Translations under genes and position numbers: made by a program
Assembly (NCBI GenBank): GCA_046758505.1
Contig: JBHIAH010000019.1
Span: 1-37,258, forward strand
Length of the DNA stretch: 37,258 nucleotides
Source: Candidatus Methylomirabilales bacterium
Lineage (GTDB): Bacteria > Methylomirabilota > Methylomirabilia > Methylomirabilales > CSP1-5
Reading direction: 5' to 3'
In this document: in pieces, positions 1 to 7,739 of the stretch
Position numbering within the stretch: position 1 is the first letter of the stretch
Layout: every line of letters starts with the position of its first letter
The notes under the pieces: generated by a model
Seen by the model: the letters and a program-made list of their open reading frames with translations, nothing else
Told to the model about the DNA's origin: nothing
The model's database searches: none

Positions 1-476
1 AGAAAGATCTGAGGATTCAATATCATGGCGCGACAGAGGCCTACCCGCTGCTGCTCTCCCCCACTCAGCTCATGGGGGTACCGTTGGGCATAGGAAAGCG
101 GCAGGTTCACCAGCGTCATGAGTTGCTCGGTCCGCGCCTTGATTCGCTCCGAATCCCATTTGGCGAGCCGCGCGAGGAGGGTGATGTTTGCCTCAACCGT
201 CAAATGCGGAAAGAGGCCAGTCCCTTGGACCGCATACCCGATTCGCAATCGGAGTTCGGGGAGGTGTTGATAGTCGATGGGCTTTCCGAAGACGGATACG
301 TGTCCCTGGCTCGGCCGTACCAACCCGTTGATCAGTTGTAGCAGCGTCGATTTCCCACTCCCGCTCGGGCCGACGACCGCTGTGGTCACGAGCTCTGTGA
401 AGGTAAGATCGATGTCCTGAACGGCTTTTGCGTCGCCGTAGAACTTGCTGATTTTGTCGAGTGCAATCTGTGCCAT
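1..476 (-). CDS. ABC transporter ATP-binding subunit, osmoprotectant/betaine/ergothioneine (OsmV/OpuCA/EgtV-like) type; partial, runs off the left edge
   Basis: Not in the ORF track; manual translation from ATG 476: MAQIALDKISKFYGDAKAVQDIDL..GPSGSGKST (Walker A)..RIGYAVQGTGLFPHLTVEANI..RYPHELSGGEQQRVGLCRAM (ABC signature). IGY.VQ..GLFPHLTV is typical of the QAT family. Confidence 0.9.
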   Translation of the reverse strand, partial: MAQIALDKISKFYGDAKAVQDIDLTFTELVTTAVVGPSGSGKSTLLQLINGLVRPSQGHVSVFGKPIDYQHLPELRLRIGYAVQGTGLFPHLTVEANITLLARLAKWDSERIKARTEQLMTLVNLPLSYAQRYPHELSGGEQQRVGLCRAMILNPQIF

Positions 477-524
477 TCAATGACCGCAAGGCGAACGCCT
501 ACATGCGTGCGCGCAGCACGCCCC

Positions 525-1847
525 TCACCTCAGGCAGGTGCGAAAGCCCGCCATCACATCACGCCGGTCGGGGGTATAGTAGTTCCGCCAGGTATTCCGG
601 ATCATGCGGGAGCGCGTGGCCCAACTGCCGCCACGCAGGACCTTGTGGGTTCCAAACCACGGCTGCGAATACTCCTTGTACGGGTCAGCCACGAAGCCGG
701 GGTACGGTCCAAAGGCAGTGCTCGTCCATTCCCACACGTTGCCGATCATTTGCCGACAACCGAACGGGCTGTCGCCGTCGGGCAGCGCGCCGACGTCGAT
801 GCACCCCCCCGCGTGCCCGTCGAGGTTGGCCCGACTGGGGGATAGAGGTTCATCCCCCCACGGAAAGCTCCGCTTGTGCCCGGACAGTCCCCAGCTGTCG
901 GGCGTAGGCTCGGCGCTCGCCGCCGCTTCCCATTCAGCCTCGGTCGGCAAACGCCGGCCTGCCCATCGGCAGTAGGCCTCGGCCTCGTACCAGTTCACGT
1001 GGATGATGGGGTGGTGCTCCTCTAGTGGCACGATTTCGTCATACCGCCTCCGGCTCCAGCGACCGCCAGCGTCGCGATGCCAATAGACGGGGTGCTCGGC
1101 ACGCTCTCGCTCCCGCCACCGCCACCCCTCTTCGCTCCAGAACTCCCGCCTGCGATAGCCCGTGTCTTCCACGAACGCCACAAACTCGCCGTTGGTCACC
1201 GCCGCGCGCGCAATACGAAAGGGCTGCAGCGTGACGGGATGGGCCCACTTTTCATTGTCGAACACGAAAGGGAGATCCGGCGTCGCGCCGAGGAGGAATG
1301 TCCCTCCGGGAATCTCCGCATCGCCAACCAGCGGCCCGTCCCCCGCCTGCCCGGCGGGGACCTCTTCGGAAAGAGCGGTGAGTTGCGGGGGCGGGTATCC
1401 GAGCGTCTGCCGGGTGTAGGTGAACGCCTCATCGTGCATGTCCTCGTGGAACACAGCCAGGCGGTGAAAGTAGATCTCCTCCCCGTTCAGCTCGATCGAG
1501 CCGAGCCGCTGGACGATCCGGTTCATCACCTGCTGCATGTAAGCCAAGGTCTCTTCTCTCGACGGAAGCGGGAGGTCCCACCGGGTGTCGTGCGGTATCG
1601 CCATGGAGTCGTACAGCGCATCGGCATCCGCACGTATGGGCTCCGCCTTGCCGCAATGCCGCAAGACCCACTTTTCTTGGAACCACGCCACATGTCCGAT
1701 CTCCCACAGGAGCGGGTTCACGATGGCGAGGCGGGGCCCCATCATTTGCTCGTCGGTCAGGTCAGCGATCAGGGCGAGGGTCCGTGCACGGCCATCGATC
1801 AGCACGTGAGCCAACTCGGCAGCCGAAAGCGTGGCATGCTCATCCAT
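525..1847 (-). CDS. senA: SenA-like non-heme iron selenoxide/sulfoxide synthase (EgtB superfamily, DinB + FGE-sulfatase domains)
   Basis: NPLLWEIGHVAWFQEKW, LYDS..PHDTRWDLPLP, metal triad GH..FHEDMHDEA, RRLPTEAEWE, GNVWEW, and C-terminal YSQPWF..RNYYTPDRRD..GFRTC, which resemble SenA more than the EYNGKFM-type EgtB (from recall of family motifs). Confidence 0.8.
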   Translation of the reverse strand: MDEHATLSAAELAHVLIDGRARTLALIADLTDEQMMGPRLAIVNPLLWEIGHVAWFQEKWVLRHCGKAEPIRADADALYDSMAIPHDTRWDLPLPSREETLAYMQQVMNRIVQRLGSIELNGEEIYFHRLAVFHEDMHDEAFTYTRQTLGYPPPQLTALSEEVPAGQAGDGPLVGDAEIPGGTFLLGATPDLPFVFDNEKWAHPVTLQPFRIARAAVTNGEFVAFVEDTGYRRREFWSEEGWRWRERERAEHPVYWHRDAGGRWSRRRYDEIVPLEEHHPIIHVNWYEAEAYCRWAGRRLPTEAEWEAAASAEPTPDSWGLSGHKRSFPWGDEPLSPSRANLDGHAGGCIDVGALPDGDSPFGCRQMIGNVWEWTSTAFGPYPGFVADPYKEYSQPWFGTHKVLRGGSWATRSRMIRNTWRNYYTPDRRDVMAGFRTCLR

Positions 1848-1905
1848 GAGTGACCCCCACTGCGTGACAAACGCCGGGATGTTTTGGTCGGACGACGGAG
1901 TGCAT

Positions 1906-3015
1906 CTACCCCCACACGGCCTCGGCCGTTTCCACGATCACGCGCAACTTGCGCTTCTCTTCTTCCACCGAGATGCGGTTGCCGATGATCGAGCTGGCGA
2001 ACCCACACTGGGGACCAAGGGCGAGCCGCTCTAACGGCATGAACCGGCTGGCCTCCCGGATGCGCCCGGTCAACTCCTCTTGGGTCTCGAGCCGCGCGTT
2101 CTTGGTGGAGACCAGCCCCAGGACGACGATCTTATCGTCAGGCACATCCCGCAGTGGCGCGAAGGACCCGGACCGGGCGTCGTCGTATTCGAGCAACAGC
2201 CGCTGGGCGCGGATTCCCCGGAAGAGACTTTTGGCGATCGATTCGTACCCCCCTTCGGACAGCCACCGGCTGCCCTGGTTGCCCCGTCAGAGGTGGAAGC
2301 CAAAGGTCACTCCTGGAAAGTCCCCCATCACCGCATTGTCCATCTCCAGGCCCCGTTTCAGCCACTGCTCGATGCTCCACCCCTGCGCCTCATAGAAGGC
2401 CCGGGTTTTCGGGTCGATCAGCAGAGCATAATGGGGCGCATCGAGCTGGATGTATGCCGCCCCCAGGCGAACCAACTCGCTCACCTCGCTGACCAGGATG
2501 TCCGTGACATCCGCCAGAAAATCATCCAGGGTGGGATAAGCGTTCGTGGAGTGCTCAGGCGACCAGAAGTTCACCCACAGGCTGGGACTCGGCAACGTGA
2601 TCTTGGGGATCCGCGTGGTGCGGGCTCGCAGATACGTAAACTCCTCCGCCGAGAGGTGGCGCCGGCGGCTGAGCCTGCCCACGACTCCCACAGCGGCCGG
2701 CCGCTCCAGATGCCAATCCCCCACCTCTGCATCGCCAGACCAGTCACCCCACAGAAAGGCCTCCAGGGGACACGCACCGAATCCGTCAACCGCCGCCGTC
2801 ATCTGGCTCTGAAACGACTGGCGGCGCATCTCCCCGTCGGTGACCACCTCGAGACCTACCTCCTCCTGGAGTGCCACCGCCTCATCGACGGCGCGGTCCT
2901 CGATTCCCTTGAAGGCCGCCTGCCGGATCGTCGCGGCGGCAAGATCCTGCTGGGCCTTCAACAGCCAGTGAGGTCGCAACAGGCTTCCGACGACATCGGC
3001 GCGGATTGCCTTCAT
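1906..3015 (-). CDS. Cobalamin-independent methionine synthase II (MetE C-terminal/core) family zinc alkyltransferase, 369 aa, with predicted selenocysteine at codon 243
   Basis: ORFs 2287..3267 and 1906..2196 share a frame (381 nt offset). Start MKAIRADVVGSLLRP at 3015 follows a purine-rich RBS. Motifs TDGEMRR, YIQLDAP, FHL-TGA-RGN, LLEYDD, LGLVSTK and PQCGFAS are present. The only interruption is TGA at 2287-2289, at the Zn-ligand Cys position. Confidence 0.88.
2257..2289 (-). promoter_or_regulatory. In-frame UGA plus bacterial SECIS element
   Basis: Minus strand: UGA-CGGGGCAACCA-GGGCAGCC-GGU-GGCUGUCC. An 8-bp stem (one G-U pair) starts 11 nt after the UGA with apical loop GGU, the same geometry as the E. 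coli fdhF SECIS. Confidence 0.82.
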
Positions 3016-3085
3016 GCCCCTTTCCGCCTCTCCGCCTGGAGAGTAGTCGGCCCGAAACATCGTGCCAGACCCCGAGCGAACGATT

Positions 3086-4093
3086 CTACTGCGCGACGGC
3101 GGAGAGCGAAAGGGCAAAGAGGTGATCCGTGTCCGTATCCCACCGGAGCAGGTTGAGGCCGGCCTCTCTAAGCATCGCCTCGACCATCGCGCGCGTATAT
3201 TTGCAGCTAATCTCTGTCCGGATCGATTCCCCCCGCACAAAGTGTACCGCGAGATCGATCGCGTCAATCGCCACGTGATGCGACTCGCGGGCGACCAGAT
3301 GCATCTCGATTCGTGACTCGTCGCGGTTGTAAAAGGCGAGATGGTCGAACCGATCCGGAGCGAAATCGGCCTCCAGGTGTCGATTGATAACGGAAAGGAT
3401 GTTCCGGTTGAAGGCGGCGGTCACGCCCGCGGCATCATTGTACGCCCCCTCCAGGAGACCCACATCCTTCACCAGGTCCGTACCCAGCAAGAATCGGTCC
3501 TCCGGGGCGAGCTGGCGGACGACGTTCCGGAGAAAGCCGGTGGCCTCATCGGGCGTCAGGTTTCCAATCGTTCCCCCTAAAAAGATCACCAATCGAGGTC
3601 CCCCTCCCTGGAGGATCTCCACCGGTTGCTCGAAGTCGCCAATCAGGCCGTGGACGCGCAATCCCGGGTAAACCTCACCGAGCGCGTGGGCCGTCTCCCG
3701 AAGCAGGTCTTCGCTGACATCGACTGGCACATAGCAATCGAGCAGCGCGGCACGCGCCATCGCGTTGAGGAGGATGCGGGTCTTGCGCGAACTGCCCGAC
3801 CCGAATTCCACCAGGGTCGTGGGCCGACACGATGCGATCACGTCATCGGCGATCTCTGTGAGCACAGCACGCTCGGTGCGCGTCGGGTAGTACTCCGGAA
3901 GCTCGCAGATCTGCTCGAAGAGGGCTGCGCCCCGGGCGTCGTAAAAGTACTTGGGGGGCAATTCCTTTGGGGTCTTGGTCAGGCCACAGCGGACATCCTC
4001 GGCCAGCCGGGCAAACGGGTTTCCGCCCCCCGAATGGAGACCGATATGAATCCTAGACTCATGGTCCGATGGCACCATCGACGTCGGCCCCAC
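3086..4093 (-). CDS. egtD: L-histidine N-alpha-trimethyltransferase (hercynine synthase)
   Basis: KELPPKYFYD..LFEQICELPEYYPTRTE, VEFGSGSSRKT, FLGGTIGNL, AYNDAAGVTAAFNRN, IRTEISCKY. Start uncertain (GTG 4093 or ATG 4078). Confidence 0.95.
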   Translation of the reverse strand: MGPTSMVPSDHESRIHIGLHSGGGNPFARLAEDVRCGLTKTPKELPPKYFYDARGAALFEQICELPEYYPTRTERAVLTEIADDVIASCRPTTLVEFGSGSSRKTRILLNAMARAALLDCYVPVDVSEDLLRETAHALGEVYPGLRVHGLIGDFEQPVEILQGGGPRLVIFLGGTIGNLTPDEATGFLRNVVRQLAPEDRFLLGTDLVKDVGLLEGAYNDAAGVTAAFNRNILSVINRHLEADFAPDRFDHLAFYNRDESRIEMHLVARESHHVAIDAIDLAVHFVRGESIRTEISCKYTRAMVEAMLREAGLNLLRWDTDTDHLFALSLSAVAQ

Positions 4094-4116
4094 AACCGCT
4101 GACCACCCTCATCTTA

Positions 4117-4938
4117 TTATTTCGCCCCGAGTTGCTCCTGTGCGGCTCGCGCAAAACGCTCCAGACTGGTCAGGTGGCTTGGCAACTCTTCGCTCAGCGA
4201 CGCGTCTTCCGTACCGGGGTCAAGGACGAGCCGATTGCGGATCTCGATGAGCTGGCCCAGTTCGCGAGCCAGACCCGGCTCGAGCTGACCAACCTCTGCC
4301 AGGACCTCGGGAATATCCGCGAAGTCTCTGGGAGGCCGGAGTTTCATGGCAGTGATGAGCTCAAGACAGACCGCAAGCGCACATGTAATGGCGGACTGAA
4401 GAAAATAGCGGCCGGCTCCCTCTTGAATCGGATCCGCTGCGGCCGCCTTCTCGAAGCCTCGCAGTTGACCGATGCAGCGTTCCATCTGCCCAAGCCTTGC
4501 TGTCATCTCGTCCCTGCGGATCGTCACGGCGTCCTCCATCGGATGCAGCTCCCACCCGAGCATCTGCCTGAGATCGAAGTACCGCCCCCAGACACCTCTC
4601 TCAAAGGCGATCCGCGCCTCTTCGTCACGGCTGTAGACCACCCGGCCCGCCGTGAGGACAGCACCACGAAATGTCAATGGTGTCTCGTTCAGAATCCGCA
4701 CCCCGGCGCCGGGAACCGCCAGCATCTCTTCCAGTAAAGTCTCCAGGCGAATCTCCACATGGAAGTAACTCCCGGGTGGAAGGTTTGGGTCCATAAAGGC
4801 AGCGATCTGCACATCACGAAGGGCGGGAAAATCCTCGGGCATGGCGATGCCGTAGGCGAACAGGGTCGGGGTCTCGCCGAGTAAGTTCTCTGCCTCCGCC
4901 TGGAGCCGCTCGAAGAGTTGAGATCGCTCACAGTTCAT
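4117..4938 (-). CDS. Fused MNT (MntA-like) nucleotidyltransferase + DUF86/HEPN (HepT-like) protein, catalytic motifs degenerate
   Basis: N-half LFAYG..RDVQIAAF..VRILNETPLTF..G.VVYSRDEEARIAFE..YFD matches the MntA fold. C-half RYFLQSAI..PPRDFADI..LAEVG..IRNRLV matches DUF86. Confidence 0.75.
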   Translation of the reverse strand: MNCERSQLFERLQAEAENLLGETPTLFAYGIAMPEDFPALRDVQIAAFMDPNLPPGSYFHVEIRLETLLEEMLAVPGAGVRILNETPLTFRGAVLTAGRVVYSRDEEARIAFERGVWGRYFDLRQMLGWELHPMEDAVTIRRDEMTARLGQMERCIGQLRGFEKAAAADPIQEGAGRYFLQSAITCALAVCLELITAMKLRPPRDFADIPEVLAEVGQLEPGLARELGQLIEIRNRLVLDPGTEDASLSEELPSHLTSLERFARAAQEQLGAK

Positions 4939-5078
4939 GGTTCAACGTGGAGGGGAGAGAGTTGAGAGCCCAGAGCTGAGCGTTCACCGTCCACGGTTCG
5001 CAGTCATTTCACCGTTCCTGGTTCACGGATTGGCAACTCCGCCTTGACTGTCAACCACGAACTGTGAACCATGAACCG
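4931..5078. repeat. Degenerate heptamer repeat array forming an inverted pair (GTTCAC-type then GTGAAC-type)
   Basis: cgttcac cgtccac ggttcgc..ggttcac followed by tgtcaac cacgaac tgtgaac catgaac. Confidence 0.65.
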
Positions 5079-5101
5079 ATCAATAGGTCTGCGGTCCGCC
5101 T

Positions 5102-5755
5102 TCAGCGCAGTCGCCGCCGGAGCTCCGGGAAATCATCGATCAACACATCGGGTCCCGCTGCCCGAAGATCCGCGACCGGCCGCAGGCCGTACGTCACCCC
5201 CACGCTATAGAGCCCCGCCCGCTTTGCCATCTCGACATCAACCGGACTATCCCCCACCATCGCCGCCAGTCTACTCTCCACGCCGGTGGCGCTGAGAACC
5301 CGCCGGGCAGGCTCCGGATGCGGTTTTCGCTCGACCGTGCTGTCGCCGCCCAACACCACGTCGAAGTGGCCTGAGATGGCAAGCCCCTCGAGGATGCGGA
5401 CCGTGAACTCAAGCGGCTTGTTGGTCACGATCGCCTTTCGCTTTCCCTGGAAATGCTCGAGGGTTTCCCGAACCCCCTGATAGAGGCAGGTCGCATCCAG
5501 CAGGTGCACCGCGTAATATTCCCGGAAGAACCCGACCCCGGCCTCCAGGACCCCCAGATCATCGGGACCGAGTGCCCGGCTGAGGAGAGTCTGCACCCCG
5601 TCACCGACGTACCGGCAGACCTCCTCTACAGAGAGCGGGGCCCGTCCAAGTTTCTCCAGGGCGTGATTAACCGCTGCCGTGAGGTCGGCCCGGGTATCGG
5701 CGAGCGTCCCGTCCAGATCGAAGACGAGGAGGTCCACATACTTGGCTCCCCTCAC
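5102..5755 (-). CDS. gph: HAD-family hydrolase, phosphoglycolate phosphatase-like
   Basis: FDLDGTL motif I, VTNK motif II, RKPHPEP, MVGDS..D motif IV; GTGA overlap with the upstream stop. Confidence 0.85.
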   Translation of the reverse strand: MRGAKYVDLLVFDLDGTLADTRADLTAAVNHALEKLGRAPLSVEEVCRYVGDGVQTLLSRALGPDDLGVLEAGVGFFREYYAVHLLDATCLYQGVRETLEHFQGKRKAIVTNKPLEFTVRILEGLAISGHFDVVLGGDSTVERKPHPEPARRVLSATGVESRLAAMVGDSPVDVEMAKRAGLYSVGVTYGLRPVADLRAAGPDVLIDDFPELRRRLR

Positions 5756-6912
5756 CCTCTCCTCCTCGCTGCAAGATACTCCGCGATCCGCCGAACCCCT
5801 TCCCGGAGGTTATCGAGGGAATTGGCGTACGAAAAGCGGATGTGCCCTTCCCCCCCGCTCCCAAAGTCGATCCCCGGGGTGACCGCCACCTTGGCCTGCT
5901 CGAGGAGCTCAAAGGCAAACCGATACGAGTCGGCCGCAAAGGCCGTCGCATCGGCCAGGACGTAGAACGCCCCCTGCGGCTCCCGGGAAATGATGAAACC
6001 GATCCGACGCAGGGCCGGGACCAAAAATCGGCGCCGCTCGTCATAGATCTGACGCATCCTTTCGACGTCGGCCCCCGCCCCCCTCAGGGCAGCGATGGCC
6101 GCCCGCTGAACAAAGTCGCTGGCCGAGATGAAGAAGTTCTGATGCATCTTCTGCAGGGGCCGGACAAGCACCCGGGGAACGATGAGGTACCCCAGCCGCC
6201 AACCGGTCATGGCGTAGGCCTTGGAGAAGCCGTTCAACACCACGGCGTGATCCGTGTACTCGAGGATCGAGTGCTCCTCCCCCTCGTAGGTCAGCCCATG
6301 GTAGATCTCGTCCGAGACGATCAGGAGACCGAGGTCGGCGAGCCCCCTGAGGCAGTGGTCCGGCAAGACCGCCCCCGTGGGGTTCGCCGGAGAGTTGACG
6401 AGGAGGGCCTTTGTCCGTGGGCCGATCTTCTCCCGAACCGCCTCGGGGTCGAGCCGGAAGCCATCCCGTTCCCGAACCGGGACCGGTGACGGGGAACCGC
6501 CGCTGAATTGGATGACATTCGGATAGCAGGCGTAATGGGGATCGGTGAGGATGACCTCTTCCCCGGACTCCAGGATCGCCGAGAAGAGGAGCCACAGGGC
6601 AGGAGAGGTGCCGGCGGTGACGAGAATCTGCGCCGGCGAAACCTGCACCCCGTATCGCTCGGCGTAGTGACCGGCAATCGCTTCCCGCAGCTCCCGGATC
6701 CCGAGACTGTGCGTGTATTTGGTTCGTCCCTCTCGGAGGGCCTCGACCGCAGCTTCGTGCACGCAGGCGGGGGTGGAAAAGTCAGGCTCGCCTAGCTCAA
6801 GGTGAATGATGTGTTCTCCCTTGATCTCGAGCTCCTGCGCGCGCTCCAGGACCTCCATCGCGATAAAAGGGGGCAAGACCTCCGCCCGACCCGCGATCCT
6901 CATCCGCGTCAT
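5752..6912 (-). CDS. PLP-dependent aminotransferase, class I/II
   Basis: ELGEPDF, NSPANPTG, SDEIY, GFSKAYAMTGWRLG, IRFSYA. Start set at ATG 6912 (ATGA overlap with the mqnA stop). Confidence 0.92.
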   Translation of the reverse strand: MTRMRIAGRAEVLPPFIAMEVLERAQELEIKGEHIIHLELGEPDFSTPACVHEAAVEALREGRTKYTHSLGIRELREAIAGHYAERYGVQVSPAQILVTAGTSPALWLLFSAILESGEEVILTDPHYACYPNVIQFSGGSPSPVPVRERDGFRLDPEAVREKIGPRTKALLVNSPANPTGAVLPDHCLRGLADLGLLIVSDEIYHGLTYEGEEHSILEYTDHAVVLNGFSKAYAMTGWRLGYLIVPRVLVRPLQKMHQNFFISASDFVQRAAIAALRGAGADVERMRQIYDERRRFLVPALRRIGFIISREPQGAFYVLADATAFAADSYRFAFELLEQAKVAVTPGIDFGSGGEGHIRFSYANSLDNLREGVRRIAEYLAARRRG

Positions 6913-7739
6913 CCCATCTCCACAAACCGCCACGGCACGGGAAGGGTGACGACCCCATCCAGTTCCGGGCTCGCGAGAAATTCGGTGAATCCTTCAAGGT
7001 GCCCGGGGGTAAGATCGAAGGAGAGCTGCTTGCGAAAATAATTCAAGCAGGCCTCCTCGCTGATGCCGACCCGCCGATGTACGGCGACACTCAGCGCCTC
7101 GGCCCGCCCCAGACTATACGCCTTCGAAGCGAGCAGTGCCCGATGCAGCTCACGGGTCCGTTCCGGATGGGCGTGGTAAAAATCCTCCCGCACTCCCCAG
7201 AAGGCGAAAACGAACGGAAGACCGGTGAGCGATTTCCATCCCTCCCCGAGGTCGAGCTGATGCGGGTACCGGCACGCGTGACCCGCCCGAAGCGCCGGAT
7301 CACCGATGAGGAGACCCGCGACGACCTTCGGGGGAAGCTCCTCGGACACATCGCCCTGAAGATAGACCGGGGCGACGCCATAGCCTCGCTGGAGGAGCAG
7401 CCGGAGGAGATAGACCGAGGTGAGGGATTCCCGGGTGATGAGGACGCTTTGGCCATCCAATTCCTGAAGCGGGAGACGGCTCAGGCAGAGCACGCTCCCC
7501 ACCGCCCCATCGCAGGCAATGGCCAGGTCGGGAAGGAGCCGGAAGCGCCCGGGCGCCCGCGCGTAGGCCACGGAAGAGATGACCGAGACATCCAGGTCGC
7601 CCCGCTCGAGCATCCGGTTCAGCTCGGCCGGGGTCCCCTCGACCAGATCACAGCCGGCCTCCACGGCCCCTTCCTCCATCCCGTAGTAGACCGGCTCGCA
7701 GTTGATATAGCGCACTTTCCCGACCCGCGGTCGTTTCAC
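6909..7739 (-). CDS. mqnA: Chorismate dehydratase, futalosine menaquinone pathway
   Basis: VGKVRYINCEPVYYG, GTPAELN, IACDGAVGSV, SLTSV.L, LLIGDPAL, DLGEGWKSLTGLPFVFAFW. Confidence 0.9.
   Translation of the reverse strand: MKRPRVGKVRYINCEPVYYGMEEGAVEAGCDLVEGTPAELNRMLERGDLDVSVISSVAYARAPGRFRLLPDLAIACDGAVGSVLCLSRLPLQELDGQSVLITRESLTSVYLLRLLLQRGYGVAPVYLQGDVSEELPPKVVAGLLIGDPALRAGHACRYPHQLDLGEGWKSLTGLPFVFAFWGVREDFYHAHPERTRELHRALLASKAYSLGRAEALSVAVHRRVGISEEACLNYFRKQLSFDLTPGHLEGFTEFLASPELDGVVTLPVPWRFVEMG

Noticed and set aside
1906..3267. MetE-like gene as a nonsense pseudogene or as two genes (ORF track 2287..3267 and 1906..2196)
   Set aside because: The stop is TGA exactly at the conserved Cys, with a SECIS-like hairpin and no other lesions; the extension to 3267 overlaps egtD and is spurious.
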